DNA from: an uncultured Thermoplasmatales archaeon
GTDB lineage: Archaea; Thermoplasmatota; E2; DHVEG-1
Assembly (NCBI GenBank): GCA_964517155.1
Contig: CAZFAZ010000049.1
Coordinates: 3,012-67,011, forward strand
Reading direction: 5' to 3'
Length of the DNA stretch: 64,000 nucleotides
The notes beneath the pieces were generated by a model. It ran no database searches and had not been told where the DNA came from. It saw nothing but the letters and a program-made list of their open reading frames with translations. The translations under genes and the position numbers were made by a program. Shown in pieces: positions 28,135 to 38,022 of this stretch. Every line of letters begins with the position of its first letter. Positions within the stretch are counted from its first letter, which is position 1.

Positions 28135-29480
28135 CTCTTAAGTTTTTTTACTACTCTATCAATTACTTTTTCTGTTACACCAAGATAGTTCTTTGGATTT
28201 AATGCATCATCTATTTCTTTTTCAGATAGCAATTTAAGTTTTTTATTTTCAAAAATAAAGGTTTCTTTTAGCGTTTTTCCTTCTTTTACAGCCTTAAGTG
28301 CTGTTTTTCTCATCAGTTCATGGGCATCTCCTCTACCCATTCCTTTACTAATCAGTGTTGTCATAAGTGATTCTGCCATAGGCAAACCCTTTGAAATTTC
28401 AAGGTTCTTTTTCATTTTCTCAGGAAAAACTTTGATATTTTTAAAAACATCATCTGTTTTATATACAATCCAATCTGTAAGAATTATTGAGTGGGGTATT
28501 ATGAAACGCTCATTACTGGAATTGCATAAATCTCTTTCATGCCATTGAACTGCGTTTTCATAAGTAGGAATACAAAATCCTCGAACAAGTCTTGAAAGAC
28601 CGCATATTTGCTCAGAAGTAATTGGATTTCTTTTATGTGGCATGGTGGAGCTGCCAACTTGTTTTTTTGCTTCAAAAGCTTCTGCAACTTCTCCTATTTC
28701 ATCGCGTTGCAGATTGCGAACTTCTGTTGCGAACTTCTCCATGCTGGTTGTAATATTACATAAAACGCCTAAAAGCTCATTGTAACGGTCTCGGCAAACA
28801 ATCTGAGTGCTGACATCCTCTGTGCCAAGCTTCAACTCTTTAAGCATCTCTTCCTGCAATTCTAAAGCTTTTGAGCCTAATGCTGCACCAGTTCCCACTG
28901 CTCCCGAGAGTTTGCCTACTAAAAGCCTGCTTTTACATTCAAATAAACGCTCCAGATGGCGGTCTACTTCCATTGCATATCCTGCCATTTTAAGGCCAAA
29001 TGTTATAGGAATTGTATGCTGGCCGTGTGTTCTGCCGACCATCACGGTTTTTTTATGTTTTATTGCAAGTGCGACAAAAGTTTTTCTTAAATCTTTTAAA
29101 CATTTGGTAAGTAATTCTAAGGAATCTGCAAACTGCAAGGCATTTGCAGTATCAACGATATCATAGCTTGTTGCACCCAGATGTATGTATTTGCCAGCGT
29201 CACCCTTGCATTTCTCTGCAAGAGCACGAGTCACAGCCATTATGTCATGTTTTGTTTCTGCTTCGATTTGTCTTACGCGTTCAACTTTTACAATTTTGGT
29301 ATTTGCTTTCTTGGTTATTTCGTCAGCAGAAATTTTTGGGATATTGCCAACTTTTGCATGAGCACGAGCAAGTGCTGCTTCTACATCTAAAAGATATTGT
29401 AGACGGCGCTCTTCTCCAAAAAGGTTTTTTATTTCTTTTCTACCATATCTATAGTCTAAAGGACAAACCGGGTCAAGCAT
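28131..29480 (-). CDS. purB: Adenylosuccinate lyase
   Basis: N-terminal CPLDYRYG, fumarate lyase family signature GSSTMPHKRNP. Confidence 0.9.
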   Translation of the reverse strand: MLDPVCPLDYRYGRKEIKNLFGEERRLQYLLDVEAALARAHAKVGNIPKISADEITKKANTKIVKVERVRQIEAETKHDIMAVTRALAEKCKGDAGKYIHLGATSYDIVDTANALQFADSLELLTKCLKDLRKTFVALAIKHKKTVMVGRTHGQHTIPITFGLKMAGYAMEVDRHLERLFECKSRLLVGKLSGAVGTGAALGSKALELQEEMLKELKLGTEDVSTQIVCRDRYNELLGVLCNITTSMEKFATEVRNLQRDEIGEVAEAFEAKKQVGSSTMPHKRNPITSEQICGLSRLVRGFCIPTYENAVQWHERDLCNSSNERFIIPHSIILTDWIVYKTDDVFKNIKVFPEKMKKNLEISKGLPMAESLMTTLISKGMGRGDAHELMRKTALKAVKEGKTLKETFIFENKKLKLLSEKEIDDALNPKNYLGVTEKVIDRVVKKLKR

Positions 29481-29630
29481 GTTTATTCACAACCCATGAA
29501 TTCACTGCTGGTTAATGTTTTTTTCTACATAGATTTATTCTAAAATAAGGCCACATGAAACGAAATGTTTTTATAGAAGTTATTATTTATAATTATAGTA
29601 AGAAATGGTGAAAAGGAGGTAAAACAAATT

Positions 29631-30143
29631 ATGTCAATAATAAAAAATAAAAAAGATAAGCTAGCGATAAGAAACAAAGATGACGAAAACAAAATAATGG
29701 CAAGAAGACCATATGATTTATGGACAGATTTTGACCAGCTATTCGATCAATTCAGAACAAATTTCGACGATATGTTCTGGAACCCAAAAACAAGCCTTGC
29801 AAATATGGGACAAAGAACTCCTCCAATGGATATAGCAGATCTGGGTGATAAATACGAAATGCACGTAGAGATGCCAGGAATACCAAAAGATGACATAAAC
29901 ATAGAAGTAACACCAAATGGTATAGAAATTTCTGCAGAACACGAACAAACAGAAGAAGATAAAGACAAAAACTGGCTTAGACGAGAAAGAAGTTCAGTTA
30001 GATACTATAGATCACTAGAACTTCCAGAAGAACTAAAAACAGATAAAATAGATGCAGAACTAAAAGACGGAATACTCAGAATATCAATGCCAAAAGTAGA
30101 GCCAAAACCTGAACATAAACCAAGAAAAATAAACATAAAATAA
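29631..30143 (+). CDS. hsp20: Small heat shock protein (Hsp20/alpha-crystallin family)
   Basis: alpha-crystallin domain YEMHVEMPGIPKDDINIEV...ISAEHE...RYYRSLELPEE...DAELKDGILRISMPK. Confidence 0.85.
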   Translation: MSIIKNKKDKLAIRNKDDENKIMARRPYDLWTDFDQLFDQFRTNFDDMFWNPKTSLANMGQRTPPMDIADLGDKYEMHVEMPGIPKDDINIEVTPNGIEISAEHEQTEEDKDKNWLRRERSSVRYYRSLELPEELKTDKIDAELKDGILRISMPKVEPKPEHKPRKINIK

Positions 30144-30158
30144 ACAAAAAACCTTTTT

Positions 30159-31025
30159 TTATTTTTTTTTGCCAGTGATACAATCAGCTAACTCAACGCA
30201 TCTTTTTGTTTCTTTTACATCATGAACACGAATTATATCTGCACCATTTAACACGGCAACTACTGCCGCTGCAAGACTTCCTTCAAGCCTTTCCTCAGGA
30301 GGCAACTGTTCTTTTACTCCACACACATTCCCGATAAAAGTCTTACGAGATGCACCAACAAGTAAGGGATAATCAAGAGATTTTAGCTCAGAAAGACGTT
30401 TTAAAATCTCACAGTTATCTTCCACACCTCTTCCTGTTCTTTTACCAAAGCCAAGGCCCGGGTCAACTATTATATTTTCTTTTTTAACATCATTAAACAT
30501 TGCGTATTCTGCTCTTTCTGTTAAAAAATTTTTGATTTCAAAAATTATATCATCATAAAAAGGATTTTTTTGCATATCCCTTGGATTTCCTTTCATATGC
30601 ATAAGGCAAACTGGAACATTATAACTTGCAACAATATTTACAAGCTTTTTATCACATCTTAATGCAGTTATATCATTTATCATTCCAACACCTAGATCAA
30701 GTGCTTTTTCTGCAACTTTTGATTTATAGGTATCAATTGAGATTGGAACATTTGTTTTTCTGACTAACTCAGTTATTACAGGAATAATCCTGTTAAGTTC
30801 TTCAGAAGCAGAAACAGATGAAGCATTAGGTCTAGTAGACTCCCCTCCGATATCAATTATGTCTGCACCTTCTTTCTGCATTTGAATAGCATAACCTACT
30901 GCATCATCGACATCTGAAAAACTACCGCCATCAGAAAAACTATCTGGAGTAAGATTTAAAACACCCATAATAAGAGTTTTTTTATCTAAATCAAACGTCT
31001 TATCAGAAATTTTAAGTATTCTCAT
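30159..31025 (-). CDS. folP: Dihydropteroate synthase
   Basis: Pterin-binding domain signature IMGVLNLTPDSFSDGG; DIGGESTRP; 288 aa. Confidence 0.85.
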   Translation of the reverse strand: MRILKISDKTFDLDKKTLIMGVLNLTPDSFSDGGSFSDVDDAVGYAIQMQKEGADIIDIGGESTRPNASSVSASEELNRIIPVITELVRKTNVPISIDTYKSKVAEKALDLGVGMINDITALRCDKKLVNIVASYNVPVCLMHMKGNPRDMQKNPFYDDIIFEIKNFLTERAEYAMFNDVKKENIIVDPGLGFGKRTGRGVEDNCEILKRLSELKSLDYPLLVGASRKTFIGNVCGVKEQLPPEERLEGSLAAAVVAVLNGADIIRVHDVKETKRCVELADCITGKKK

Positions 31026-31387
31026 TTAACATCCTTCAAAACAAATTTTATCTCTTCAGCGATTTTTTTAAGACGAGGATAATGCCTGTTTATTTTATTT
31101 ACAAGTTCATTTAGCTGTTTAATTGTTCCAATAACAAGAATATTTCCTTTTTCTTTATGCAAAGCAAAAGTGTCTCTAGGAACAGCTACTTCTCCACCGA
31201 TACTTAGCATATCCTGCTTGATTATTATTGCATCCTGTAAAATTACATTTTCAAGTTTTATAACCTTTGTAATCATCTTTGGTGCCATAATATTAATGCT
31301 ATCAGGGTCGCTACCGATATCAATAATCTGTTTTTCTGCGTCAGCAAGATTTTTTATATTAATTATTTTTGGATTATAGTCTGTCAC
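31022..31387 (-). CDS. Hypothetical protein translationally coupled to folP
   Basis: 121 aa, 4-nt overlap with folP start; no recognisable motif. Confidence 0.35.
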   Translation of the reverse strand: MTDYNPKIINIKNLADAEKQIIDIGSDPDSINIMAPKMITKVIKLENVILQDAIIIKQDMLSIGGEVAVPRDTFALHKEKGNILVIGTIKQLNELVNKINRHYPRLKKIAEEIKFVLKDVK

Positions 31388-31575
31388 AAAAATCTGAAAT
31401 AATTTTATTATATATCAAATATTTGTAAGAAAAAAGTTTTATTCCTATCTGGATTTAATACACCGGAGTTCTACTCAGGTCTATTTTTCTCTGAACGAGA
31501 ATCGCCGTTTAGAAAATCTGCATAATGCCCTGATGCTCTGCATCGATTGGGATAGCAGGTTTTAGGCGATTCTAT

Positions 31576-31797
31576 CTATTTCTTTTTTGTTTCTTCTCGT
31601 TTTTCTCCTGCTCTTTTTATTTTAAGAGGTAAGTATAAAAAATAAAACATACAGAAAAAAATGACATTTGTAGCAAAAATATTGTAATATATGTCTACTC
31701 TTGTAATATAGTTAAAATAAAATGCTCCAAGTGCAAATGCTATTGCAATAAAAGCATAAATTATGATTAGTTGTTTTTCACTGCGTTTTTCAAACAT
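31576..31797 (-). CDS. Small two-TM membrane protein
   Basis: 73 aa, hydrophobic, Lys/Glu-rich C-terminal tail. Confidence 0.3.
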   Translation of the reverse strand: MFEKRSEKQLIIIYAFIAIAFALGAFYFNYITRVDIYYNIFATNVIFFCMFYFLYLPLKIKRAGEKREETKKK

Positions 31798-31916
31798 AAA
31801 CTCGGGTTATGTTCATATTGCTATTAACGTTTTTGGGGATTTTTAAAAATTAGTGCAGGGTGAGGAATTTGAACCCTGAAACCCTCGAATTAAGATCAGT
31901 ATAAAAATTAACGTTT

Positions 31917-33194
31917 TCAGATATTTTTTACAAGATACTCTCTTGCTTCGCCAACTGTAAAAAGAGAACCTGTTATAACAATAATATCTTGTTTTTTAGC
32001 AATTTTTTTAGCATATTCTATTGCCTCAGATACACTGTTTGTAACAGTAGCAATTTTAGGCTTAAAAAATTCTTTAAGATTATCAGGAGCACTTGCACGA
32101 ATGTTACTAGATTTTGTAACAATTACAGTATCTGCAACTGTACTTATTATTTCAATTATTTCTTTTACATTTTTATCAGATAAAATGCCAATTACAAGTA
32201 TAAGTTTATCATAAACAAAATCTTTTTTAATAGTGTCCTTTAACATTTGCATGCCTGCGCTGTTATGTGCGCCATCAATTAGTATAATTGGTTCAAAACC
32301 AAGTATTTCCATTCTACCAGGATTAATTGCTTTTTCAACACCTTCTTTTATGTTTTCATCTGTAATATAAACACCTTTCATCTGAAGTGCTTCAACACAC
32401 ATAATACTTAAAGCAAGATTTTCACCCTGAAAAACACCTGGCAATTGTGTTTTAACAAAGTACTCTTTAAGGTTTCCATGAACCGTAAAATTCTGAAAAT
32501 CTAGATTACCACCAGTTTTTTCCCAAAAACTTTTATCAACAATTGTTAAAGATGAGTTTTTTTCAAAAGCTTTTTTTTTGATAACATCTAAAGCATTTTT
32601 TTCTGCTGCTGTAATTACAGGTGTATTTTCTTTTATAATTCCTGCTTTTTCTAAAGAAATTTCTTGAATTGTTTTACCCAGTCTATCCTGATGCTCGAGA
32701 GTAACATTGGTAATCACGCTAACTAAAGGATTAATAATATTTGTTGCATCAAAACGGCCGCCAAGACCAACTTCTATTACTGCGTAGTCAACTTTTTTAT
32801 CATAAAAATATTCAAAGGCCATAGCAGTTGTTATTTCAAAAAAAGTAGGAATATTTCCAGAGTTGCTCATTTCTTCAACAATAGGTTTTATTTTTTCTAC
32901 AAGAAGAACAATTTCAATTTCAGATATTTCATCATTATCAACTATGAAACGCTCAGAAAAACGCTGAATATGCGGTGATGTATAAACGCCAACAGTGTAA
33001 CCTGCAGAATTTAAAATTGAGCCTATAAACTTACAGACACTGCCTTTTCCATTTGTTCCACCGACATGAACCGTTTTATAGTTATTTTGAGGATTTCCAA
33101 GGTTTTTGCAGATAAATTCAATTCTTTCAAGACCAAGCTTTATACCATGTTTTTCAAAACTATAAAGCCAATCTATCGCTTCATCATATCTCAT
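31917..33194 (-). CDS. folC: Folylpolyglutamate synthase / dihydrofolate synthase (Mur ligase family)
   Basis: FolC N-terminal region IKLGLERIEFICKNLGNPQ ... VHVGGTNGKGS P-loop; Mur-ligase middle and C-terminal domains. Confidence 0.8.
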   Translation of the reverse strand: MRYDEAIDWLYSFEKHGIKLGLERIEFICKNLGNPQNNYKTVHVGGTNGKGSVCKFIGSILNSAGYTVGVYTSPHIQRFSERFIVDNDEISEIEIVLLVEKIKPIVEEMSNSGNIPTFFEITTAMAFEYFYDKKVDYAVIEVGLGGRFDATNIINPLVSVITNVTLEHQDRLGKTIQEISLEKAGIIKENTPVITAAEKNALDVIKKKAFEKNSSLTIVDKSFWEKTGGNLDFQNFTVHGNLKEYFVKTQLPGVFQGENLALSIMCVEALQMKGVYITDENIKEGVEKAINPGRMEILGFEPIILIDGAHNSAGMQMLKDTIKKDFVYDKLILVIGILSDKNVKEIIEIISTVADTVIVTKSSNIRASAPDNLKEFFKPKIATVTNSVSEAIEYAKKIAKKQDIIVITGSLFTVGEAREYLVKNI

Positions 33195-33212
33195 AATTCT
33201 TTTAACTACTAT

Positions 33213-33884
33213 CTAGTAGCCCTCAGAATAAAGTACATCCGGAAAAACAGGATATTTATCTTTCCAACTATCGCCTTTTAAAATCTCTACTTTTCTTCCT
33301 TTAATTTTAAGTCTGCATTGTTGGAAAAGATCAATTGTTCTTGGTAAAATTTGATGTTCGACATCAAGAATACGCGCGGCAAGTTTATCTTTATTATCAC
33401 TTGGCGTAACCTTTACAGCTGCCTGAAGAATAATAGGGCCGCTATCCATTTCTTCATTCATAAAATGTGTAGTGCAACCAGAGATTTTCACACCATAATC
33501 TATTGCATCACCCTGGCTATTTGCACCCTTAAAACTAGGCAACAAAGCAGGGTGAATATTAATGAGTTTGCCATACCATTTTTTAACAAAACATTTGCTT
33601 AGAATTCTCATGTATCCTGCGCCTACTGCCAGATCAACTTTATGATCGACTAAAATGTTATCAATTTCTTTATCAAAATCTTCTCTATTTTTGCCATCTG
33701 GTGTTAAAATAATACCTGGAATATTATGATTATATGCTCTTTTCAGAGCATACGCCTCTTTATTGTCTGTAATAACAACAACTACTTCTGCATTAATCAT
33801 ATCTTTTTGTGATGCATCTATAATACTTTGAAGATCAGTTCCACTACCCGATGCAAGAACACCTATGCGAAGTTTTTTGCTCAT
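33213..33884 (-). CDS. purN: Phosphoribosylglycinamide formyltransferase (PurN-like formyltransferase)
   Basis: IGVLASGSGTDLQSIIDA N-terminus, formyl transferase catalytic region INIHPALLPSFKG ... H...D. Confidence 0.75.
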   Translation of the reverse strand: MSKKLRIGVLASGSGTDLQSIIDASQKDMINAEVVVVITDNKEAYALKRAYNHNIPGIILTPDGKNREDFDKEIDNILVDHKVDLAVGAGYMRILSKCFVKKWYGKLINIHPALLPSFKGANSQGDAIDYGVKISGCTTHFMNEEMDSGPIILQAAVKVTPSDNKDKLAARILDVEHQILPRTIDLFQQCRLKIKGRKVEILKGDSWKDKYPVFPDVLYSEGY

Positions 33885-33911
33885 GCAAATTCACAACACT
33901 GTAATTTACTA

Positions 33912-35018
33912 CTATTTAAACACTTTTTCTATTACCGCTACAGGTGCATCGGTTTTAAAACCAGTCGAACTAAAATGTGTTCTATAAACGTTATATTCTT
34001 GTTTTTTAAGTTTTTCAAAAAGCAAATCCAGTTTAGGTGAAGATTTTTTAAGATTTGATGCAATGCTTTCTGTTGTATAAAAAAAGATAGGTCCATTTAC
34101 TTCTTCTTGCAGCACATCTAACAATCTGTATATCTGGCTTTTACATCCAAGTTTTTTACCAGATGCGATGTTTAGAATCTCATTAATTGTTTTTTTATCG
34201 CCAATTTCTCCCGTCCACATAGGCCCAATATCATTTTTTGCTTTCTGTAGGCCAATGTTTTCACCAGAATAAATTGTTTTAAAATTATTCATAGATTGAT
34301 TTGCTTTGGGTACACTACTATATACTTTAACATATAATCTGAAATAATGATCTGTTGAGTAACAAAGAAGAGGGTGTATACCTTTATCATAAACACCTGC
34401 AACTCTACAGATAAAACCAAGTAATATGCGCAGTCCCACCTCTTTCATTACAACAGAATGAAAAGGAACAGCACCATAACGCCTGATACATACCTTTGGA
34501 TAAACACCGCATAAAGCTGCTGTATCAGTTGCACTACATGCAAGTATTCCGCCATTTTTTATGCTTCGTATTGCTGAATCGATAAAACATACTGGGCTCC
34601 CAAAAGGATCAACATCAATATAATCAAATTTATCAGATGATAATAAAACATTAAGATTCATGTTGCATGCTTTTGCATTTTCAAAACCATGTTTTTCTAT
34701 ATTTTTTTTAATAAGACTATATGATTTTTCATCCCAATCATTAATCAATACTTCAAAATCACCAGTAAGTTCATTTGCAAATCTAACACCTCTTATACCT
34801 GAGGCCGCAAGACCGTCGAGAAGTATCGTTTTTCTTTTTGAAGAATCTAAAAGATGCTGGCAAACAAGAATAGATATATCACGGTTAAGCTGCATGGTAG
34901 GATTATAAAAAGGAACACCTTCTTTAAAACCAGGTCCTTTTGAAACACTTTTATTTTTATAAACTAAAACACTTGTATTTCCTTCAGTAATTTCCTCAAA
35001 AAAATAAGTTTTATTCAT
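33912..35018 (-). CDS. trm1: tRNA (guanine26-N2)-dimethyltransferase Trm1
   Basis: Archaeal Trm1 length (368 aa) and motifs ILLDGLAASGIRGVRFANE, DVDPFGSP. Confidence 0.85.
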   Translation of the reverse strand: MNKTYFFEEITEGNTSVLVYKNKSVSKGPGFKEGVPFYNPTMQLNRDISILVCQHLLDSSKRKTILLDGLAASGIRGVRFANELTGDFEVLINDWDEKSYSLIKKNIEKHGFENAKACNMNLNVLLSSDKFDYIDVDPFGSPVCFIDSAIRSIKNGGILACSATDTAALCGVYPKVCIRRYGAVPFHSVVMKEVGLRILLGFICRVAGVYDKGIHPLLCYSTDHYFRLYVKVYSSVPKANQSMNNFKTIYSGENIGLQKAKNDIGPMWTGEIGDKKTINEILNIASGKKLGCKSQIYRLLDVLQEEVNGPIFFYTTESIASNLKKSSPKLDLLFEKLKKQEYNVYRTHFSSTGFKTDAPVAVIEKVFK

Positions 35019-35020
35019 AA

Positions 35021-35581
35021 TTAAAACAAAGGCGGTAGTTTTTCTTCCATAATCTTTTCAATTTTATATGGTAAAAGATTACGATTAACAGGAGTTACTT
35101 CAAGGATTCTTATATCATCACGTCTTCTTACATCTTGCAAAAGCGGTGTTCTTGATTTTTTATGAAGCGTAACCATAATTGGTTTATCTGAATCAAGTGC
35201 TTCAGTAACCATATGGCAGAATTTCTCAGACAGCATCTGCATTTTACCAATTTCATCAATTACAATAACATTTATGTTTTCATCTGTTATTGCTTTTTCA
35301 ATTGCTGGAACACCAATATTGTCAAGTGCTGTAGTATCAACACCGTATTTACCGATTTTTTCTTTTGCTTCAAAATTAATATGAGCAAAAACTTCGTGTT
35401 CTTTGGTTTGCCAATTAGTTACATAAAAACCTACACGCGTTCCTTTTTCAACTATAGGCTCGGTTATCATCCCGCCTACTATATAGCCGTGTGCCTCAAG
35501 TGAACTAATTATTTTAAGCAAAGTATCAGTCTTTCCAACACTAGGCATACCAGTGATACCTATTTTGGGTATATCGTCCAT
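35021..35581 (-). CDS. Nucleoside-triphosphatase THEP1 family (P-loop NTPase)
   Basis: 186 aa; Walker A GITGMPSVGKTD, Walker B VIVIDEIG; archaeal THEP1-like size. Confidence 0.7.
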   Translation of the reverse strand: MDDIPKIGITGMPSVGKTDTLLKIISSLEAHGYIVGGMITEPIVEKGTRVGFYVTNWQTKEHEVFAHINFEAKEKIGKYGVDTTALDNIGVPAIEKAITDENINVIVIDEIGKMQMLSEKFCHMVTEALDSDKPIMVTLHKKSRTPLLQDVRRRDDIRILEVTPVNRNLLPYKIEKIMEEKLPPLF

Positions 35582-35620
35582 AACAGCGACCTGTAATGCG
35601 TTATTTGTTTAGAAACCTTT

Positions 35621-36358
35621 TTATGCAGGTATTTTGTAAATTTTCATATAGATTGCCCCGCCAAAAGTGTATAAAAATACAGCAATTAAAAGAGACATTG
35701 GAGCAAAACCATAATGCTCTCTGGCAAATAAAATAGTTAAAATTATTAATAAAAACGCAGCAGCATTCATTTTTTTATTTGTCTTTGGAAAAACAAAATC
35801 AGATGCCATAAGTGCACCCATAATTACAACAGCGGGTAAAATAAAGATAAAATCAACTTTTAAATAAGAAAGAATAAGCAGGATAATCGCACTTGCACTT
35901 GCAGGAAGACCAACATATATCTTTTTTTCTTTCATAACATTAAAACTTGCTAGACGAACTATTCCAAAAAACAAAAAAAGTCCTACTGCTATAAAAAGAT
36001 ACAACGTACTATAAATATTATCAGTTAAATGATTAGAATAAACTACAAATATAAAAACAGCAGGTGCAACAACCATGCTGGTCATATCAGCCATAGATTC
36101 AAGATAAGAGCCTATCTCGCTTTTACCTACTAATCTAGCAAGAATGCCATCAAGGCCATCTGCTAAAAGACCTAGCATAATCAATGAAAGAGAAATATGA
36201 ATGCGAAATTCAAGATCACCGGCATAGTCTAAAAATAAAACAATAACTGCAAAGATACCAAAAACTGCATTTGTAATAGAAATAAAATCAGCAATTGATA
36301 ACAGTTTAAGCATTGATTTCTGCAATTTTATCCTCACCTGCTTTAACTCTACAACCAA
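35621..36358 (-). CDS. CDP-alcohol phosphatidyltransferase (archaetidylserine synthase-like, PssA homolog)
   Basis: Polytopic membrane protein with D-G-x2-A-R...G...G...D motif (ADGLDGILARLVGKSEIGSYLESMAD). Confidence 0.7.
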   Translation of the reverse strand: MVVELKQVRIKLQKSMLKLLSIADFISITNAVFGIFAVIVLFLDYAGDLEFRIHISLSLIMLGLLADGLDGILARLVGKSEIGSYLESMADMTSMVVAPAVFIFVVYSNHLTDNIYSTLYLFIAVGLFLFFGIVRLASFNVMKEKKIYVGLPASASAIILLILSYLKVDFIFILPAVVIMGALMASDFVFPKTNKKMNAAAFLLIILTILFAREHYGFAPMSLLIAVFLYTFGGAIYMKIYKIPA

Positions 36359-36977
36359 TTCTAACAGTTATATTCTTAATTTTTGCAGAGGGTAGATATA
36401 CATCAACACGCGAACCCAATCTGATAATGCCAATACGCTTTCCTTTTTTTACAAAATCATCTTTTTTAATATATGGTACAATTCGGCGGGCAAGAGTACC
36501 TGCTATCTGAACTATTTTGATAAAACCAATACTAGTTTCTGCAATTATTACAATTCGCTCATTTTTTTCAGATTCTTTTTTAAAAGCAGGTAGATGAAAA
36601 CCAGAGAAATGAGAAATACTTTTTATTTTTCCGTCAAAAATCATGCGGTTAACATGAACATTTTGAATATTCATAAAAGTAGAAATCATAAAACATTTGC
36701 CGATATCTTTGTCAATAAATTCTTTTATCTCTCTTATTTTTCCATCTGCACAAGCAACAATGCCTTCTGCTGTCTTTCTTTGTGGATCGCGGAAAAAAAC
36801 AAGAAAAAAACCTGTTAATAAAAACAGTAAAACAGAAACAAACAATAAAACAAAACCAACAGAGCTCTGCAGATACATAACTGATATAATTAGCATTATC
36901 AGGGCAGGTATAAAAGCAGATAAAATCCATGATTTGCAGTCTTTTGCAATTTTCATTTTTCTAATTTTTTCTCCCAA
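36306..36977 (-). CDS. psd: Phosphatidylserine (archaetidylserine) decarboxylase proenzyme
   Basis: N-terminal TM, catalytic region with LGSRVD (LGST-type pyruvoyl cleavage motif); about 223 aa short-type Psd. Confidence 0.7.
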   Translation of the reverse strand: MGEKIRKMKIAKDCKSWILSAFIPALIMLIISVMYLQSSVGFVLLFVSVLLFLLTGFFLVFFRDPQRKTAEGIVACADGKIREIKEFIDKDIGKCFMISTFMNIQNVHVNRMIFDGKIKSISHFSGFHLPAFKKESEKNERIVIIAETSIGFIKIVQIAGTLARRIVPYIKKDDFVKKGKRIGIIRLGSRVDVYLPSAKIKNITVRIGCRVKAGEDKIAEINA

Positions 36978-37971
36978 TTATTTTCTTAAACATTTTTTCA
37001 AGTGGGCCGTTTCTTTTATAGATATCTGTTAACGAAATTATTTCATCAAAAACTTCTGGAATAATTTTTATAACAATTAAAAGAAGAATTATTAAAGCAA
37101 TTAGGCTGCCTGCTTTTGCAATAATATTATGTGCCATATTAAAATCGGTAATGTTTCGCCCAACAAGAAAAGCAACCATTGCGTTTCTGAAAAGATTGAG
37201 AATATAAACTGGGACAACTGTTACAAGCAAACCGATAAATCTTCTTTTCATTTGTATCTTGGGAATAACACCTATCATCCCAACAAAAATAACTAGTGAT
37301 TGTATACCTGTGCATGCAAAAATTATTGTTACAACATAATGTCCATTGAGACTTATGCTGGAACCTTGAACTGTTGCATTGCCTGCTATCGTATTTAAAA
37401 TCCATGTACTTTGCTCGGCTACACGGTGTATCAGCCATTCTGCCAAATTGATTCTAGGTATATTTATGGAGGTAAATATAAAATTTAAATTCCAAGGGCC
37501 AAAAACTATCCTTTCAATTCCGAAATAAATGATTCCTGCAATAGCAGACGCACCAGTTATCCAATTCAAACAGCTAATTGTTTCCTTTCTTAGATATGAT
37601 AACCATTCATGATAAGCAAGATAAAATAAAACATAAACACCAACTACACAAACAACTCCATTAAAGATATCTCCACCTTCATTTGCATATAAACTCAGAG
37701 GTTGAGTGGACCAATAAAATGCAAAAATAATCCAACCAACGATTTTTAGAATTTTTCCGTAATCTTTTTTATCAAATAAAAACCCAATTAGTAACAAAAC
37801 AAGACCTAAAAAGATAGGTATCTGAATTAAAGATTTAACAGAATCTGGTGGACTTTTAGGATAATACAGATATCCTAAAACAAGTAATATAGTAGGAACT
37901 ATAATAAAAAATAAAGAAAGAATTTGATTGCTGGTTTTATACTCTTTTGATGTCATGCCTCTTATTCTCAC
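36961..37971 (-). CDS. Archaeosortase/exosortase-family membrane protein (ArtA-like)
   Basis: 8 TM helices; active-site-like ACTGIQSLVIF (compare exosortase ACSGIRSL) and downstream LNLFRNAMVAF Arg motif; adjacent to pssA/psd homologs. Confidence 0.6.
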   Translation of the reverse strand: MRIRGMTSKEYKTSNQILSLFFIIVPTILLVLGYLYYPKSPPDSVKSLIQIPIFLGLVLLLIGFLFDKKDYGKILKIVGWIIFAFYWSTQPLSLYANEGGDIFNGVVCVVGVYVLFYLAYHEWLSYLRKETISCLNWITGASAIAGIIYFGIERIVFGPWNLNFIFTSINIPRINLAEWLIHRVAEQSTWILNTIAGNATVQGSSISLNGHYVVTIIFACTGIQSLVIFVGMIGVIPKIQMKRRFIGLLVTVVPVYILNLFRNAMVAFLVGRNITDFNMAHNIIAKAGSLIALIILLLIVIKIIPEVFDEIISLTDIYKRNGPLEKMFKKIIGRKN

Positions 37972-38022
37972 ATATAAATCCTATTTAATAGAATTTTTAT
38001 AAAAAGAAAATAAATAGGGTTA

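Noticed and set aside
31851-31900. Possible tRNA 3' half on minus strand (CAGGGTTCAAATTCC resembles a T-arm)
   Set aside because: The CAGGG/CCCTG stem would enclose a 13-nt loop and no acceptor or D-arm can be built; no other GC-rich tRNA-sized islands were found, so no tRNA is reported in this window.
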